Shown one piece after another: positions 61,319-64,000 of a stretch of 64,000 nucleotides of DNA. Numbering within the stretch: the first letter of the stretch is position 1; every line of letters begins with the position of its first letter. Source of the stretch: Psammoneis japonica (Eukaryota); the NCBI GenBank assembly GCA_008632985.1, contig QPGO01000058.1, positions 186,001 through 250,000 of the forward strand, read 5' to 3'. Below the pieces are notes generated by a model. The model was not told the DNA's origin. It saw only the letters and a program-made list of their open reading frames with translations, and did no database searches. The position numbers were made by a program, and so were the translations under genes.

Positions 61319-62833
61319 TCAACAACTACTTTGTTGATATGCTTTCAGCAATGCGTCATGGAATTCACCACCATTACTTCCCAAAATACCACCAACATTC
61401 TTTGAAAGCTTAGGCCCGACACTGAAATCAAGATTGTCTCCGTGAATGTCGCTCATTCTTCCTCCAGCTTCCTCTATCACTACGCTGCCCGCCGCATGGT
61501 CCCACACCCATTCAACGTATCCAGGCTGTGGCAAACGAACATAATATTCACTTCCTCCCCTCGCCAAAACTGCATACTTTGCTTGGCTGTCAATTCGATG
61601 AGCCTTGACTATCTCGCCTTGGCTATCTAAGGCACCTTTGCCGTGAAGGATTTCAGCCATTGTACTACATTGACCAAGTGCATCAGCGATTCCTTTTTCT
61701 ACCCCTGAAAACAGCATAAGGCAGTTTGAGTTGTAAGTTTGGCTGGGAAAGGTATCGCAAACGCAACGCTACACGAACGTGGGAACCGACGCACCAACAC
61801 AAAATCTTGCGTCTTCCACCTTCATGGTGGAGCAGTCATTAGGAGTGACATGAACCGACTCTGCTGGAAGGCCAGGCACGAGTGGTAGTTGAAGACATCC
61901 GCCTCCCTTGCTTGCACAAAAATACAACCTCTTTTCTCATGTTGTTTTCATCGGTTTCGTTTCATCCCATTCATAGCTGACATCGTCGACAGACACAGGC
62001 AAATTTGGGCACCCTAATATTCCTATCGTAGGCACACCTTCCTACATAAAGCAAGATATTTCGTTGGAAAGTGACCAATAGTCAAGCTGAGCAACTTCCA
62101 GCATAAAGAACCGGCACATCGATGAAAACTATGGTCCGCGGCAAAATCTACCTACCTCTAAGAGTGCTAAAGCAACTGCATACTGACCACCTTGTCTTTT
62201 CCCGCGCAGAAAGCCCTTTGTACCGTCAATTGGATCTAGACACCATACTCTAGGTGGTCTTCCTCCGTTGTTTTCCCATGCAAGATAAGACTTCCCCAAA
62301 TCAATACTCTGCTTCACGTGCTGCAAAGTCTCAAACTCAACAGCATTCAATATCGCCTGTGCTAATTCTTTTTGATCGTCTAAAGCTGCGCTAGATTCTT
62401 CTGCAATAAAGGAATCGTTCGGAAAAGCTTCGTGTAAATTTTGCAGCACAATGGCTTGAGCAGCATAATCCGCAACAGTCACGGGCGATAAGTCAGCCTT
62501 TGCAACTGTTCCAATTGCCTCCTTCGAATCCGGTTGAAGACGTTCCGTCACCACGCATGCTTTTCGAACCGCACTTAGCGCCACTAAAACGTCATTACGG
62601 CGAGGAAACTCGGTTGGTATTTCATCATGATCATCAAAAGCGGAGGCCGATCGTGAGGAAAGTGCCGACTGAGAACGAGTGGCAGAAACAGTAGTGTACT
62701 TTGAGCTACCGCTGCGAAATGCCGGGAGGAAGAAAGTCGCTCTCTTGGCACCAAGCTGACTCCACAACGATGTTAGTAAGCCGCATGACAGTACAAGCAT
62801 CATCGTCGTCGCACCGATTAGACTACGGTACAA
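61319..62833 (-). CDS. SAL1: 3'(2'),5'-bisphosphate nucleotidase (SAL1/HAL2/MET22 family), 3 exons; exon 2 has apparent frameshifts
   Basis: KADLSPVTVADYAAQA, AEE, WCLDPIDGTKGFLRG..QYAVALAL, GILGCPNLP, RIDSQAKY and EWVWDHAAG. Confidence 0.9.
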
Positions 62834-63040
62834 TCAATCGATCAATCGACCTTGTTGTCATGCATTTTATTGAAAGAGGTAATGAGTGCTCCAGTCACGA
62901 GTCGCAAATCATTCACGGCCGCGAGAACTTCGTAGAAAAACGTAATGTCCGTTTTCAGTTTTCAAGTTGGGACGTTGGTGCGGTCTACAATCTCACAATT
63001 TCCAAACAACCCGACAAACAACGCCACAACGCTCACCACA

Positions 63041-63319
63041 ATGACCACTACATGCAAAAACAGCAACAGCCAAACGACTGCCAATGCTACTAGTACGACG
63101 GAAACATTCTATACCAAAACACAAGATGACTTGATTCAGGGCGAGGACCAAGGCAAAACCAAGACAGTGACAACAACGACTACAGTGACTACATCTCGAA
63201 CTCCAAGTGTAATTCGTTACATCCATCCTATTTGCTGGATTCGACGCCTGGCCACTGGAAGTTGGGATCGGAAAAGGAAAACCGTGACCGTCACACAAGA
63301 AACAAGGAAGTTCCAGTGA
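63041..63319 (+). CDS. Small Thr-rich hypothetical protein
   Basis: ATG ORF divergent from SAL1 with a C/A-rich leader. No domain recognised. Confidence 0.3.
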   Translation: MTTTCKNSNSQTTANATSTTETFYTKTQDDLIQGEDQGKTKTVTTTTTVTTSRTPSVIRYIHPICWIRRLATGSWDRKRKTVTVTQETRKFQ

Positions 63320-64000
63320 TCAGGATGTTTCGATCGCTGTGGCAGCGTAGAGACTATCAAGATGAGACGCTTCTTTTTTGAAAGCTGGACAAATAATAAT
63401 GGTAACTCGCTCAGCAGATAAAGCATATCTACTAGAATACAATAGAGAAGTTCAACACTCTAGCAAAACATCCCTCGTGTCATGCACCATGCATCGTCCT
63501 GGTAAAACGGAATGGGCCGATTCTGTCCATCGAGCGATAGTGTCGATGCATGTCCTAGAATGCTAAGGTATGGGATGATCAGGTGCAGATCTGAATACCA
63601 ATGCTCCTACTTTGAACTTTGGTTTCACCACAAGACAGATACTCGTAGCTGCTGGTGGCTTTCAAGCAACGCAAGCTATCAAGCACGCATGTAGAAGTTG
63701 CAGCTACCGGTAGAGTAGAGAGCATAGTGAGCATGTTTAGCTAGTTACGGTAGCTACAGTAGAGCATAGCATAGAGGTACTGTAGCATTGAGCATAGCAA
63801 GACCGACACCAATCTAGAGTGCTGTCGAGAGAAAAGCACGCACGTTAGCCATAATAATTTGGTAGTTGGTGCAGAAAACTGCATGCACACGCGACGAACC
63901 ACTCGTGACTCGTGAATGAATGAATCCTGCATACCGCGCTCTCGGGTGAACCAGGCAGGTAGGGTAGCAATAGAGGGTCGACAATCAGAATGCTCATAAC

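Overview
Eukaryotic genomic DNA, most likely from a diatom. This is inferred from short GT-AG introns, signal peptide plus ASAFAP-like plastid presequences, a fused OHCU decarboxylase/HIU hydrolase and CoDi-type copia remnants. Ordinary host genes (XPG, vWA protein, TTL, 2H phosphoesterase, MFS, TMEM208/SND2, MORN, DUF1995, kinase, SRPBCC, PAP2-FAD oxidase fusion, Cys-rich secreted protein, SAL1/HAL2) alternate with four sharply bounded islands at ~4.3-9.95, 11.5-12.95, 24.15-51.65 and 55.2-60.3 kb, together about 60% of the window. The islands contain decayed mobile elements (Ngaro YR retrotransposon, CoDi Ty1/copia, a TIR element, a Gypsy integrase fragment) and Crinkler-like and host-gene remnants. 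The standout signal is that the islands have lost nearly all TpA as well as most CpG, both converted to TpG/CpA. Duplicated sequences inside the window show TA->TG or CA directly, and conserved Tyr codons have become Cys/His. This points to a domain-restricted, RIP-like A:T->G:C hypermutation at TpA acting alongside CpG decay. No responsible enzyme is recognisable in the window. Several host genes carry single-base frameshifts that look like consensus errors, so an artefactual origin must be excluded with independent reads. All counts are by eye.
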